Below are positions 1 through 9,716 of a stretch of 24,000 nt of DNA, one piece after another (position 1 is the first letter of the stretch; each line of letters starts with the position of its first letter). Origin of the DNA: Chloroflexota bacterium (GTDB lineage: Bacteria > Chloroflexota > Limnocylindria > Limnocylindrales > CSP1-4). A program made the position numbers and the translations under genes. Location of the stretch: the NCBI GenBank assembly GCA_041691435.1, contig JBEPUS010000001.1, forward strand, positions 5,274 through 29,273, given 5' to 3'. The notes below the pieces were generated by a model, which worked only from the letters and a program-made list of their open reading frames with translations, was not told the origin of the DNA and made no database searches.

Positions 1-306
1 CGACGTGTTGAAGTCGCCCGTCTTCTGGTTGTAGATGCGGGTGCCCACGAGGTCGGCGGGGACCAGGTCGGGCGTGAACTGGATCCGCTTGAAGTCGCCG
101 CCGATCGCGTCGGCCAGCGTCTTGATGGCCATCGTCTTGGCCAGGCCGGGCACGCCTTCGACCAGCAGGTGGCCGCGGGCCAGGAGTGCCACGACCATCG
201 CCTCGAGCAGGTGGTCCTGTCCGACGATGACCTTCTTGACCTCGTAGAGCAGGCGCTCCATGGCATCGTTGGGCGTCGTGACGCCTGCCTCGCGAACGGC
301 TGTCAT
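1..306 (-). CDS. MoxR-family AAA+ ATPase, N-terminal part (runs off the window edge)
   Basis: Reverse-strand translation MTAVREAGVTTPNDAMERLLYEVKKVIVGQDHLLEAMVVALLARGHLLVEGVPGLAKTMAIKTLADAIGGDFKRIQFTPDLVPADLVGTRIYNQ. It has VGQ, Walker A (GVPGLAKT) and RIQFTPDLxPxDxxG motifs typical of MoxR. Confidence 0.9.
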   Translation of the reverse strand, partial: MTAVREAGVTTPNDAMERLLYEVKKVIVGQDHLLEAMVVALLARGHLLVEGVPGLAKTMAIKTLADAIGGDFKRIQFTPDLVPADLVGTRIYNQKTGDFNTS

Positions 307-324
307 CCGGTCTCCTCCTCCTGG

Positions 325-1173
325 TCAGTACTGGGGCAGGCCGGCTGCGCCGCCGGCCACATCGATGGGCACGGCCAGGCCGATGCCGATGAACACGTCC
401 TGCTTGGTGGGATTGACCAGGCCGGTCACGATGCCGATGACCTGGCCGTTGCGATTGAGCAGGGGTCCGCCGGAGTTGCCCGGATTGATCGCAGCGTCCA
501 CCTGGATCAGGCCCTGGAGGACCGCTCCGCCGGGCACCTGGAATGACCGTCCCAGCCCGGAGACGACCCCGGCGCTGAGGGAGTCGACGAGGCCGAACGG
601 ATGGCCGACGACATAGGCCTCGCTGCCTACCTGGACCGAGTTCGGGTTGCCCAGGGTGGCGGGAACCGCCGCGGCCGAGAGGACGCTGGGCTGGATGACG
701 GCGATGTCGTGGTCGGGTTGGCGGACCGAGACCGTGCCTGTTGCCGTGGTGCCGTCGGCGAAGGTCAGCTTGATCGTCGTGGCCCCTGTCACGACGTGGA
801 GCGCCGTGAGGATGTCGCCCGCGGCGTCGACGACGACACCGCTGCCAAGGCCCGTGTCGGCCTTGCCCTGGGCGTCGACGCCGGTGGTCTGGATCGTGAC
901 GAGTGACGGGGCCACGGCCGCATAGACGAGCTGCGAGAACGCCGGCGGCGGGGTCTCGGACGCCAGGGCCTGGTCCACGCCCTGCTGGATGTCCGCCTGG
1001 GTGAGCGGGCGGGGCGCCGGAACGAGGAGGCCATAGGCCAGGATCGCGATGAATGCAGCGAGGATCCCGGCCGCGAACGTGCCGGTGCGGCGAGCCCGTG
1101 CTGCGATGCGCGTGCGACGCCGGGACGGTTCCGGGTTGGGAGCCGGAGCCGACGCGTCGATCTGGTGGGTCAT
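325..1173 (-). CDS. Trypsin-like/HtrA-like serine protease with one N-terminal TM segment and no PDZ domain
   Basis: 282 aa. Catalytic motifs LTALHVV (His), PDHDIAVI (Asp) and GNSGGPLLN (Ser). Hydrophobic segment FAAGILAAFIAILAYGLLV. The protein ends shortly after the protease fold. Confidence 0.88.
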   Translation of the reverse strand: MTHQIDASAPAPNPEPSRRRTRIAARARRTGTFAAGILAAFIAILAYGLLVPAPRPLTQADIQQGVDQALASETPPPAFSQLVYAAVAPSLVTIQTTGVDAQGKADTGLGSGVVVDAAGDILTALHVVTGATTIKLTFADGTTATGTVSVRQPDHDIAVIQPSVLSAAAVPATLGNPNSVQVGSEAYVVGHPFGLVDSLSAGVVSGLGRSFQVPGGAVLQGLIQVDAAINPGNSGGPLLNRNGQVIGIVTGLVNPTKQDVFIGIGLAVPIDVAGGAAGLPQY

Positions 1174-1325
1174 GAGGCGGAGCGAGCTCCCGTCCGTCTG
1201 GTCAGTCGCACCGGGGCTCGACCGGCTGACCGTGAGGCTGGCCCGATTATCCCCCGATCGCCTGACAGGAGCCTGACGAACCGGCCCGCCTCCGACGCTC
1301 GCGCCTGCCGACTACGCTTGTGGCG

Positions 1326-4300
1326 ATGCGAACCTGCCCGGCCTGCGGCCACGCCAATCCCGACGTCGCGCGTTTCTGCGCCTCGTGCGGGGCGGCGCTG
1401 GAAACATTCGCGGGTCGCGAGACTCGCAAGATCGTCACCGTCGTGTTCGCCGACGTCGCCGGCTCAACCGCGCTCGGCGAGACGCTCGATCCCGAGGCCC
1501 TCCGCCAGGTGATGGCACGCTATTTCACGATCGCCAAGGCGAGCCTGGAGGCGCACGGCGCATCGGTCGAGAAGTTCATCGGCGATGCGGTCATGGCGGT
1601 CTTCGGCGTGCCGGCGACGCACGAGGACGATGCCCTTCGGGCGGTGCGCGCGGCTGCGGACCTGCGGGCGGCGATGCTCACGCTTAATGCGGAGCTCGAG
1701 ACCAGCTTCGGCGTATCGCTCCATCTGCGGATCGGGGTGAACACCGGCGACGTCGTGGTCGGCACCGAAGAACGCCTGGCGACGGGCGATGCCGTGAACG
1801 TAGCTGCGCGCCTGGAGCAGGCGGCCAGCCCTGACGAGATCTTGCTCGGCCACGAGACCCGTGCGCTGGCCCGTGACGCGATCGAGGTCGAGCCCGCCCG
1901 CCAGGTCACCGTCAAAGGCAAGTCCGATCCCGTCGTCGCCTATCAGCTGGTCCGGGTCATCGAGGGGGCAGCCGCGTTCGAGCGGCGGCTCGACGCCCCC
2001 TTGATCGGCCGGCGCGCCGAGCTCGACGTGATTCGGGCCGCGTTCGCGGCGGCCAGCGTCGAGCGACGCGGGCAGCTCGTTACGATCTACGGGCCGCCGG
2101 GGATCGGCAAGTCACGCCTGGCCCACGAGATCGCCGCAGAGCTCAGCGAGGACGCCCGGATCCTGGTTGGCCGGTGCCTGCCGTACGGCGAGGGCATCAC
2201 GTACTGGCCATTGCGCGAGATCTTCGCCGCAGACGGCGCGGAGGGCGAGCTCGCCAGCGCGCTCGGGAGCGGGGGTGCCGAGGAGGTCTTCCTGGCTGTC
2301 CGCAAGCTGATCGAGCGCCGGGCACGAGTGCGACCGCTGGTGCTGGTCTTCGAGGACATCCACTGGGCGGAGGCAACCCTGCTCGACCTGATCGAGCATC
2401 TCGTCGACTGGACGCGTGAGGCGCCACTCCTGGTCCTGTGCCTGGCCCGGCCGGAGCTCCTCGACCAGCGTCCCGCGTGGGCGGCAGGGCGGGTCAACGT
2501 GGGCTCCCTGACCCTCGAACCCTTGGATGAAGTCGAGAGCGGGCAGCTGATCGAGGGGCTGCTGGGCCGGGCCACCCTCGACGCAGCAGCCCGCAGGCGC
2601 ATCCGGGAGGTGGCCGAAGGAAACCCGTTGTTCGTCGAGCAGCTGGTCGTCACGCTCGCCGAAGGCGGCGACCTGGAGCGGATCCCATCGACCATCCAGG
2701 CCCTCCTCGCGGCTCGCCTGGACACGTTGTCGGAGTCCGAGCGTGACGTCCTCGAGCGCGGGTCGGTGATCGGCACGGAGTTCGAGTGGGAGGGCCTCGC
2801 CCGGCTCGACGCCGGCGGACGGCGGCCCACCGGCGCGCTCCTCTCCGGGCTGATGCGCAAGGAGCTGATCCGGCCCAACGAGGCCGTGGACGATGGGTTC
2901 CGCTTTCGCCACGCGCTCATCCGGGACGCGGCTTACGAGCGGATCTCCAAAGGGCGCCGTGCCGACCTCCACGAACGGACGGCAGACTGGCTCGAGGGCC
3001 GCGACGAGGACCTGGACGCGGTCATCGGCTATCACCTTGAACAGGCCTATCGCGCGGTCGCCGAGCTCGGCCGACCGGGGGAGCGCGGCGCCGGCCTGGC
3101 CGTGCGGGCGGCGGGGCGCCTTGGGCAAGCCGGCCTGCGGGCGTATGCCCGGGGCGACCCGGTCGCCGGCACGAACCTGCTGGAGCGGGCCGCGGAACTG
3201 CTCCCGGCAGATGACCGGCGTCGGATCGCCCTCCTGCCGTTCCTCGGTCGCGCGCTGCGGCTGTCGGGCCAGATGGAACGAGCAGAGCTGATCCTTGTCG
3301 ACGCCATCGAGCGCGGCAAAGCGGCCGGCGAGCGCGGGATCGCCGCCGACGCGGCCGTGGCCCTGGTCGATCTCCGCTTCCACCGTTCGGCCTTCACCGG
3401 CGTCACCCGGCGTGACGTGTTCCAGCAACTCGACGCGGCGATCCAGGTGTTCGAGGAGACCGGTGACCAGGCGGGCCTGGGCCGGGCACTCTGCCTCGGT
3501 GGCAAGCTCCGCTTCTGGGCCGGTCAGGCCGCGGCCTCCGTGCGCGACTTCGAACGAGCCGCGAACGTCTCGCGGGACAGCGGCGACCCGGCCGAAGAAG
3601 CCGAGGCCATCCAGGGCTTGATCGGTGCCCAGTTTCGTGGCCCCATGCCAGTCGACGTGGTCCAGCGCACCATCGTGGACCTGGAGGCGCGCGCCGACCT
3701 CAACCAGGGCCTGGCTGCCATGCTGCTGGAGACGCGTGCCCAGCTGGCCGCAATGGGCGGCGACTTCGAGACGGCGCGGGAGATGATCGCCAAGGCTTCG
3801 GCGGCCCCAGGCGTGGCCCCTGTGACCCTCGAGCGGAGCCGGCGAGCCCTTCCCGCCCAAGGGGCTGTCGAGCTGCTCGCGGGCCAACCGGCGGCCGCCG
3901 AGCGCGCGTTTCGCCCCGCTTGCGAGGGGATGGAGCAAGCCGGCGAGCTGGGCTACCTCTCGAGCGTCGCTCCTCTACTCGTAGACGCACTGCATGAACA
4001 GGGTCGGGACGACGAGGCACTGGAGGCTTCGAACCGCTGGCAGGTCGACCGACTGACCGTGCCCGAGGACGCCGACGCACAGCTCTCCTGGCGCCGGTCG
4101 CGGTCCAAGGTGCTGGCCAGTCTGGGCCAGCTCACGGAGGCCGAGCAGCTCGCCCGGGAGGCGGTGGCGATCGCGGCCGGCACCGACTTCCTCGACGATC
4201 AGGGCCGCGCCGCCGCCGATCTTGGCGAGGTGCTCTGGGTGGCCGGCAATGCTGCTGAGGCCCAGGCCGCCACCGAGGAGGCCATCCGCTTCTTCGAGAT

Positions 4301-4370
4301 CAAGGGCAACGTGGCCGCCGTCGCGAGGACCCGCGACCGGGCGACCGCCCGTGGAAGACTCCGTCCGTGA
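1326..4370 (+). CDS. Class III adenylate/guanylate cyclase with N-terminal zinc ribbon, AAA ATPase and TPR-like C-terminal region
   Basis: MRTCPACGHANPDVARFCASCG zinc ribbon; cyclase motifs VTVVFADVAGSTALGE and KFIGDAVMAVFG; Walker A YGPPGIGKSRL; Walker B-like PLVLVFEDIHWAE; long Ala/Leu/Glu-rich helical C-terminus. The track start is GTG at 1320; ATG at 1326 is an alternative. Confidence 0.9.
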   Translation: MRTCPACGHANPDVARFCASCGAALETFAGRETRKIVTVVFADVAGSTALGETLDPEALRQVMARYFTIAKASLEAHGASVEKFIGDAVMAVFGVPATHEDDALRAVRAAADLRAAMLTLNAELETSFGVSLHLRIGVNTGDVVVGTEERLATGDAVNVAARLEQAASPDEILLGHETRALARDAIEVEPARQVTVKGKSDPVVAYQLVRVIEGAAAFERRLDAPLIGRRAELDVIRAAFAAASVERRGQLVTIYGPPGIGKSRLAHEIAAELSEDARILVGRCLPYGEGITYWPLREIFAADGAEGELASALGSGGAEEVFLAVRKLIERRARVRPLVLVFEDIHWAEATLLDLIEHLVDWTREAPLLVLCLARPELLDQRPAWAAGRVNVGSLTLEPLDEVESGQLIEGLLGRATLDAAARRRIREVAEGNPLFVEQLVVTLAEGGDLERIPSTIQALLAARLDTLSESERDVLERGSVIGTEFEWEGLARLDAGGRRPTGALLSGLMRKELIRPNEAVDDGFRFRHALIRDAAYERISKGRRADLHERTADWLEGRDEDLDAVIGYHLEQAYRAVAELGRPGERGAGLAVRAAGRLGQAGLRAYARGDPVAGTNLLERAAELLPADDRRRIALLPFLGRALRLSGQMERAELILVDAIERGKAAGERGIAADAAVALVDLRFHRSAFTGVTRRDVFQQLDAAIQVFEETGDQAGLGRALCLGGKLRFWAGQAAASVRDFERAANVSRDSGDPAEEAEAIQGLIGAQFRGPMPVDVVQRTIVDLEARADLNQGLAAMLLETRAQLAAMGGDFETAREMIAKASAAPGVAPVTLERSRRALPAQGAVELLAGQPAAAERAFRPACEGMEQAGELGYLSSVAPLLVDALHEQGRDDEALEASNRWQVDRLTVPEDADAQLSWRRSRSKVLASLGQLTEAEQLAREAVAIAAGTDFLDDQGRAAADLGEVLWVAGNAAEAQAATEEAIRFFEIKGNVAAVARTRDRATARGRLRP

Positions 4371-4978
4371 TCGGGTCTGACGAACAGCTTTTGGCCCGGC
4401 GGGCGCTGCCCGCAGATCGCGAGCTCGTGACCACGATCGTGGCGCGGGCTTTCGCGGGCGATCCGCTCTGGAGCTGGGCGCTGCGTGCCGTGGATCGTGG
4501 CGCTGAGACGCGGCGAGAGTTCTGGCAGCTGATGGTCGACGGCGCGCTGCGCTACCCGTGGAGCTCGATCACGACCGGCGGAGAGGCCGTTGCGGTCTGG
4601 ATCCCGCCGGGCGAGGTTGAGCTAGCCAAAGACCAGGAGCAGCACATGAGGACGCTGGTTCGTGAGCACCTGGGCGAGAACGCTGCCGACGTCGAGGAGC
4701 TGCTGGCTCGCTTTGAGGCCGCTCATCCCCATGCCGAACCGTATTTCGCGCTGAGCCTGCTGGCCACGGATCCAGACCATCGCGGCCACCGGATCGGGAT
4801 GCGCCTGCTGGCCCTAGACCTGGAACGGATCGATGCTCAGCATCAGCCTGCGTACCTCGAATCCACGAATCCGGCGAACCTTGCGCGCTACCGCAGCGTC
4901 GGCTTCGAGCCGGTCGGGGAGTTCTCGTATCCGGGCGGCGGTCCCGTCGTGACCACGATGTGGCGACCGGCCCGCTGA
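4367..4978 (+). CDS. GNAT family N-acetyltransferase
   Basis: 203 aa. ALSLLATDPDHRGHRIGMRLLALDLERIDAQHQPAYLESTNPANLARYRSVGFEPVGEF is a GNAT acetyl-CoA-binding/C-terminal pattern. The GTGA start/stop overlaps the upstream cyclase gene. Confidence 0.85.
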   Translation: MIGSDEQLLARRALPADRELVTTIVARAFAGDPLWSWALRAVDRGAETRREFWQLMVDGALRYPWSSITTGGEAVAVWIPPGEVELAKDQEQHMRTLVREHLGENAADVEELLARFEAAHPHAEPYFALSLLATDPDHRGHRIGMRLLALDLERIDAQHQPAYLESTNPANLARYRSVGFEPVGEFSYPGGGPVVTTMWRPAR

Positions 4979-5020
4979 GAACTCTGCCGAGATTGCACCG
5001 GGGCCCGGTACAGTGGTCCG

Positions 5021-5401
5021 GTGGCTGACGTGAGCAATGATTCGCTGATCGTCCGTGACCTGGCGACTCTCGAGCTGCCGCTGCGCAAGCTGGCTCCCTA
5101 CGACCGGCCGATCGGCATGCAGCTGCTCCACGAGGACACCCAGTCGGGTGTCGAGCTGTTCGTGGTCGAGTATCCGGCCGGCACGCAGGCAGCCCAGCAT
5201 CGACATGCGGCGGCGCACACGATGGTCGTCCTCGCGGGACAGCTGGAGGTCAACGGCGAGATCCTCGGACCAGGGTCCCTGTGCCGCATCCCCGCCGAGA
5301 CGCCCATGCACCACGCTCCCGCCGCGGGTGCCTCGTGCCGCTTCCTGATGATCTTCGAGGGCGAGTCCGACGTGACGGTCATCGACGACGACGCCGGCTA
5401 G
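5021..5401 (+). CDS. Cupin-domain protein
   Basis: 126 aa. GTQAAQHRHAAAHTMVVLAGQLEVNGEILGPGSLCRIPAETPMHHAP matches the cupin two-motif pattern. Confidence 0.8.
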   Translation: MADVSNDSLIVRDLATLELPLRKLAPYDRPIGMQLLHEDTQSGVELFVVEYPAGTQAAQHRHAAAHTMVVLAGQLEVNGEILGPGSLCRIPAETPMHHAPAAGASCRFLMIFEGESDVTVIDDDAG

Positions 5402-5419
5402 GTCGGAGAGAGTGGGCCT

Positions 5420-5442
5420 GGCCCGACGTCGAGAGTCGGGCC
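5420..5442. terminator. Terminator-like hairpin between convergent genes
   Basis: GGCCCGAC-GTCGAGA-GTCGGGCC, a perfect 8-bp stem between the stops at 5401 (+) and 5448 (-). Only a weak T-containing tail. Confidence 0.5.
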
Positions 5443-5447
5443 TTCGT

Positions 5448-5870
5448 CTATCGCGTCGTTCTCTCCGCGTAGCACCAGGCCCCGTCCTCACCAAGCTCGC
5501 CGATCCGGCCGCCGTAGTAGAGCCAGCCGTGGTCATCGGCCCACGCGTAGTGCGCCTCGCAGAAGGGAACGGGCACCACGCCATCGTGTCCACTCAGGTT
5601 GACCAGGGCGATGATCGACGATGGACCCGCGCAAAGGGTATCGGCGCTGCGGTGTGAAGCCATGTCGGTGGGGTGCTCGACCCGGTTGTGACACTCAAGA
5701 GGACTGCGCCCGCAGCAGTGCAGGCTCCTGGTCGGATGGACCTGCCACAGCGCCAGCCAGCCAGCGAACTCAGAGTGTCGCGCGTGCTCGAGATACGCAT
5801 CGGTGCCTGATCTCGGCACCGGCGCGGAGATGACGCGCTTGGCGTGGATTTCAGGAGAGCGGGTGCGCAT
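5448..5870 (-). CDS. Hypothetical protein (140 aa, Cys/His/Trp-rich)
   Basis: Starts MRTRSPEIHAKRVISAPVPRSG. Its ATG overlaps the stop of the upstream membrane protein (TGATG). Internal start taken from within the 5448..6104 track ORF. Confidence 0.5.
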   Translation of the reverse strand: MRTRSPEIHAKRVISAPVPRSGTDAYLEHARHSEFAGWLALWQVHPTRSLHCCGRSPLECHNRVEHPTDMASHRSADTLCAGPSSIIALVNLSGHDGVVPVPFCEAHYAWADDHGWLYYGGRIGELGEDGAWCYAERTTR

Positions 5871-6292
5871 CAGCGCAGCGGGCGATCTGCTGGCGGGAAA
5901 GACGAGCCGTCGTAGATGGGACGGCCGTCCAATGGTTCGGCCAGGTGGACCTTGACCCATCCTCCGGTGTCGTAGCTGCCGACCGGGCCACTGGCGATCA
6001 TGGCGCGGTAGGCGTCGGTGGGATGCAGGGTCACGACGATGGCCCAGGGTGTGTCGATGACCGCGGGGTCGAGCCAGCCGCCAGGTGGCTCTTGAGCTGG
6101 CCATTGGTTCGCGACATGCACCTCGATGTCAGTCGCGGTCTGACTGGTCGTGGCGTCGAGGGGACGAGCATTGACGCCCGGATAGGCCCAGGCGACCGAA
6201 GGGGTGAAGGGTTTGAGGGCGATCACCCCGACGCCGACCACGCCAACGACCACGACGGCAGCAAGGATGGCGACTCGTTTGCGGATGCTCAT
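5870..6292 (-). CDS. Hypothetical membrane-anchored/secreted protein
   Basis: MSIRKRVAILAAVVVVGVVGVGVIALKPFTPSVAWAYPG has an N-terminal TM or signal segment. The ATG at 6292 is preceded by AAGGA. The longer track ORF starts at 6397. Confidence 0.6.
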   Translation of the reverse strand: MSIRKRVAILAAVVVVGVVGVGVIALKPFTPSVAWAYPGVNARPLDATTSQTATDIEVHVANQWPAQEPPGGWLDPAVIDTPWAIVVTLHPTDAYRAMIASGPVGSYDTGGWVKVHLAEPLDGRPIYDGSSFPPADRPLR

Positions 6293-6407
6293 GACTCGAT
6301 CCTTGATCGGGTCGCGCCCCGGCGCAATAGGACCGAAGGGGTCCGTGTGAACCGTACTGACCTCGGTCCTATTGCCCTGTGTGCTCGGGTCGATCAAGCA
6401 TTGGCCA

Positions 6408-6689
6408 ATGAAGACCTACGTCGTCGTCGGCCCATCGAGCTCGGACGTCTCGGCGGATCGGTTGCTCCCGGTCGGCACGCGGCTCGAGGAGGTGTCGCGG
6501 GACGAGCAGCACGACCACACCTGCGCTGGGACATTCATCACGACCGTCGGTCTGCTGCGAGTTCTCAACGGTCCGCGGTCCGATGAAGAAGTCGTCGTGC
6601 GACTGTCGTCCGGCCTCAAAGGTTCGCGGTTCGTCTGGGCCTCCGAGTGGCTGGATCTCGAGGGAACTGAACAGTTGGCCGGCGCCTAA
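6408..6689 (+). CDS. Hypothetical protein
   Basis: MKTYVVVGPSSSDVSADRLLPVGTRLEEVSRDEQHDHTCAGTF. ORF with normal-looking composition but no recognised domain; ends before the tRNA. Confidence 0.3.
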   Translation: MKTYVVVGPSSSDVSADRLLPVGTRLEEVSRDEQHDHTCAGTFITTVGLLRVLNGPRSDEEVVVRLSSGLKGSRFVWASEWLDLEGTEQLAGA

Positions 6690-6754
6690 CACACCGGAGA
6701 TCGCGTATGGTTGCCGCCGGCGTGGAGCGCACGCTCGAGACTTCACGCTCGCAG

Positions 6755-6829
6755 GCCGACATAGCTCAGCGGTAGAGCAGCTGTTTCGTAAACAGCAGGT
6801 CCTCGGTTCAAATCCGAGTGTCGGCTCCA
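6755..6829 (+). tRNA. tRNA-Thr (anticodon CGT), 3' CCA encoded
   Basis: Acceptor GCCGACA/TGTCGGC, D arm GCTCAGCGGTAGAGC, anticodon arm GCTGT-TTCGTAA-ACAGC, T arm CTCGG-TTCAAAT-CCGAG, then TCCA. Confidence 0.95.
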
Positions 6830-6891
6830 CTCCACCTCGAACTCGACCAAGAAGATCAAAATCCCGGACGTCTGCGTCGGCATGGCGTCCG

Positions 6892-7600
6892 TCACAACGA
6901 CGGTCCGGGCGGGATGTTGTGGTTGACCCGGAAGAGATTGCCCGGGTCGTAGCGCCGCTTGAGCTCGATCAACCGCTGGAGCTTTGCCGGTCCGTACGCC
7001 TCGAGGGCCTTCTGCGTGGGATTCGTCTCGTCGGCCCCCAGGAAGTTGATGTACTGGCCGGCCAGCGCGTACGGACGCATGGCGTCGGAACAGTCCTTCA
7101 CCCAGCGGATCCTCGCAGCATCATCGGCGGCATCCGGCCAGAAACCGTAGACGTTGAGCCAGTACTGGGCGGACCTACCGGGGAACGCCGTATCGTCGTC
7201 GGCGACTCGGCCGAAGGCGCCGCCCAGGTGGTGGAGGTCGGCCGCGGTCCCGAACCAGGTCTGTGCGCCGCACTGTTCGACGATCGTGTCGATCATCCGG
7301 GCGTCGAACCGACTGAATGACTCATTGCGCCAATACGCGCGGACGCCATTTGGAAGGATCGGGTCGAACGCCGACTGGAATGCGACCCAGCGCGTTGGAT
7401 CCAGGACGGCGACATCTGCAGGGCAGGCGGCCTGGAGCCGCTCAATCGCCACTTCCCCGTCCGCCCGCTTCGTGCCTGCCCACGCAAACCCGAGGAACAT
7501 CAAGACTCGATCGCCAAGCTCCCAGTCGGAGGGTGGAACCATGAAGGTGATCAGGCTGGTCAGTTCATCGGGGACGTCGGCGCGAAGGTCTTCCTGCTCG
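6892..7600 (-). pseudogene. C-terminal remnant of FAD-linked oxidoreductase (berberine bridge enzyme-like)
   Basis: DVPDELTSLITFMVPPSDWELGDRVLMFLGFAWAGT... ending in YWLNVYGFW...LIELKRRYDPGNLFRVNHNIPP, the BBE C-terminal signature (KxxYDPxNxFRxNxNI). The N-terminal FAD-binding domain is absent. The frame stays open upstream only opposite another coding region. The 5' boundary is approximate. Confidence 0.75.
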
Positions 7601-7635
7601 CCGGGCACGAGGACGGTCAGCTGCCGTTCTCGGCG

Positions 7636-8049
7636 ATGCAGCGGTCCTCCCGAACGGATGACCCGGTGATCCGGGACTGCCTCGCCTGGATCGCAGACTG
7701 CTACGCGACATCGAATCCCGTCACGGCCATGACGGAGCGCTCGGGCCTCACCGGACGAACGTTCGCGCGCCGCTTTGCCGCGGCCACCGGTCGACGACCC
7801 ATCGAATACGTCCACGCGCTCAGGATCGAGGCGGCGAGACAGATCATCGAATCGGGTGTCGGGATGATCGAAGACGTCGGGCCGCACGTCGGCTACGAGG
7901 ATCCGACATTCTTCCGGCGTCTGTTCAGGCGAACGACGGGCGTGACGCCGGCCACCTACCGCCGCAAGTACGCGCCGATCGTCGCGAACCTGCGCCATGA
8001 CGAGGATCGGACGGCTGAGGGACGTGCGAACGCCAGAACGCACCTCTAG
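7636..8049 (+). pseudogene. C-terminal AraC/GlxA-type HTH domain of a truncated regulator
   Basis: DDPVIRDCLAWIADCYATSNPVTAMTERSGLTGRTFARRFAAATGRRPIEYVHALRIEAARQIIES...VGYEDPTFFRRLFRRTTGVTPATYRRKY. The N-terminal DJ-1/PfpI-like domain expected in GlxA-type proteins is missing. Confidence 0.7.
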
Positions 8050-8112
8050 CTCACGCCAGGACGATGATTAGGGCCAGTACGTTCGAGCCTTCATGTCAGG
8101 AGCGGTCAAGCG

Positions 8113-9618
8113 GTGAAGCCACTCGATCAATTCGAGCTCTGGTTCATGACCGGTAGCCAGGACCTGTATGGCGAGGCGACCCTTCGCCAGGTCGCGCTGG
8201 ACTCCGAGCGGATCGCCGCGGCCCTTGACGACTCGGCGGCGATCCCGGTGCGGGTCGTGTACAAGCCCGTGGTCAAATCGTCGGCGAGCATCGCCGCAGC
8301 GTGCACGGCGGCCAGCGCCGAGCCAGCATGCGTCGGCGTGATCGCCTGGATGCACACCTTCTCGCCGGCCCAGATGTGGATCGCCGGCCTGCAGGCCCTG
8401 CGCAAGCCGCTGCTCCACTTGCACACCCAGTTCAATCGCGACCTGCCCTGGTCGACGATCGACATGGACTTCATGAACCTGAACCAGGCCGCCCACGGCG
8501 ACCGCGAGTTTGGCCACATCGAGGCTCGGCTCGGTGTCGCTCGCAAGACCGTGGCCGGCCACTGGCAGGACCCGGCGGTCCAGGAGCGCATCGGGTCATG
8601 GTCGCGGGCTGCCAGCGGCTGGTCCGACCTGCATCGCCTGAAGGTCGCCCGTTTCGGCGACAACATGCGCGACGTGGCCGTCACCGAAGGCGACAAGGTG
8701 GAGGCCCAGGTCCGCCTCGGCGTCTCGATCAGCGGATTTAGCGTCAGTGAGCTCGGCGATGCCGCCCGTGCCGTGCCCACGGCGGACGTCGACCGGCTGA
8801 TCGACGAGTACGAGTCCAGCTATGTCCTGGCCGCGAGCCTCCAGGCTGGTGGCGACGACCGCGAGGCGCTGCGCGAGGCCGCCCGGATCGAGGTTGCGCT
8901 GCGCGCGTTCCTGGCCGAGCACGGGTGCGCCGCCTTCACCGACACGTTCGAGAATCTCGATGGGCTGGTGCAGCTGCCGGGGATCGCCGTGCAGCGGCTG
9001 ATGGCCGAGGGCTACGGGTTCGGGGCCGAGGGCGACTGGAAGACCGGCGTCATGGTCCGCCTCCTCAAGACCATGGCCCGCGGACTGCCTGGCGGGACGT
9101 CGTTCATGGAGGACTACACGTACCACCTCGACCCGGCCGGGCCCAAGGTCCTGGGCGCCCACATGCTGGAGGTCTGCCCGTCCATCTCGGACGGCCCGGT
9201 CTCGTGCGAGATCCATCCGCTGTCGATCGGCGGTCACGCCGATCCCGTCCGGCTCGTCTTCGACGCGGGCAGCGGGCCGGCCGTGATCGTGGCCCTGATG
9301 GATATGGGCGAGCGCCTCCGACTCGTGGCCAATGAGGTCGACCTCGTGTCGCCCGACGCGCCCATGCCCCGGTTGCCGGTGGGCCGGGCTGTCTGGAAGC
9401 CGCGTCCGAACCTGACCACGGCGACCGAGGCCTGGCTGATCGCCGGCGGCTCGCACCACACCGCCCTGACCCGGGCCCTGACCATCGAGCCGATCGCCGA
9501 CTTCGCCGAGATGGCCCGCCTCGAGCTGCTGACGATCGATGCAACCACCACCGTGCCCGCATTCACCCGCGAGCTACGCTGGAACCAGGCCTACTACCGC
9601 CTGGCGCGAGGGCTCTAG
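8113..9618 (+). CDS. araA: L-arabinose isomerase
   Basis: 501 aa. [83 protein letters not shown] and [18 protein letters not shown] are AraA signatures. Confidence 0.97.
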   Translation: MKPLDQFELWFMTGSQDLYGEATLRQVALDSERIAAALDDSAAIPVRVVYKPVVKSSASIAAACTAASAEPACVGVIAWMHTFSPAQMWIAGLQALRKPLLHLHTQFNRDLPWSTIDMDFMNLNQAAHGDREFGHIEARLGVARKTVAGHWQDPAVQERIGSWSRAASGWSDLHRLKVARFGDNMRDVAVTEGDKVEAQVRLGVSISGFSVSELGDAARAVPTADVDRLIDEYESSYVLAASLQAGGDDREALREAARIEVALRAFLAEHGCAAFTDTFENLDGLVQLPGIAVQRLMAEGYGFGAEGDWKTGVMVRLLKTMARGLPGGTSFMEDYTYHLDPAGPKVLGAHMLEVCPSISDGPVSCEIHPLSIGGHADPVRLVFDAGSGPAVIVALMDMGERLRLVANEVDLVSPDAPMPRLPVGRAVWKPRPNLTTATEAWLIAGGSHHTALTRALTIEPIADFAEMARLELLTIDATTTVPAFTRELRWNQAYYRLARGL

Positions 9619-9716
9619 CCCGACTGGGCCCTCGAGGGGCGCGAAGGGCATCGACCCTTAGGGCGTCGCGACAGTAAAGCCGTTGATGCCCGATCCCTGA
9701 GTCGAGCGGGCCGCCG

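Noticed and set aside
2112-3938. 608-aa reverse-strand ORF (and the 277-aa ORF 2087..2920)
   Set aside because: Antisense to the well-supported cyclase/ATPase gene. Shadow ORFs are typical of high-GC DNA and no domain motifs are present.
1326-4978. Defence/STAND-type immune system (for example Avs or CBASS-like)
   Set aside because: The cyclase is class III with a zinc ribbon and TPR-like repeats, and its neighbour is a plain GNAT. No effector such as a nuclease, TIR or TM-killer is fused or adjacent, so signalling is the better reading.
6369-6830. ORF MEPTLGFEPRTCCLRNSCSTAELCRPA... on the reverse strand
   Set aside because: The N-terminal LGFEPRTCCLRN string is the translation of the antisense strand of tRNA-Thr, a common spurious annotation.
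7590-8049. Mobile element insertion as the cause of the truncated gene pair
   Set aside because: No transposase remnant, terminal inverted repeats or target-site duplication can be seen. A deletion, inversion or assembly join fits better.
8596-9459. 287-aa reverse-strand ORF within araA
   Set aside because: Antisense shadow of an unambiguous L-arabinose isomerase.
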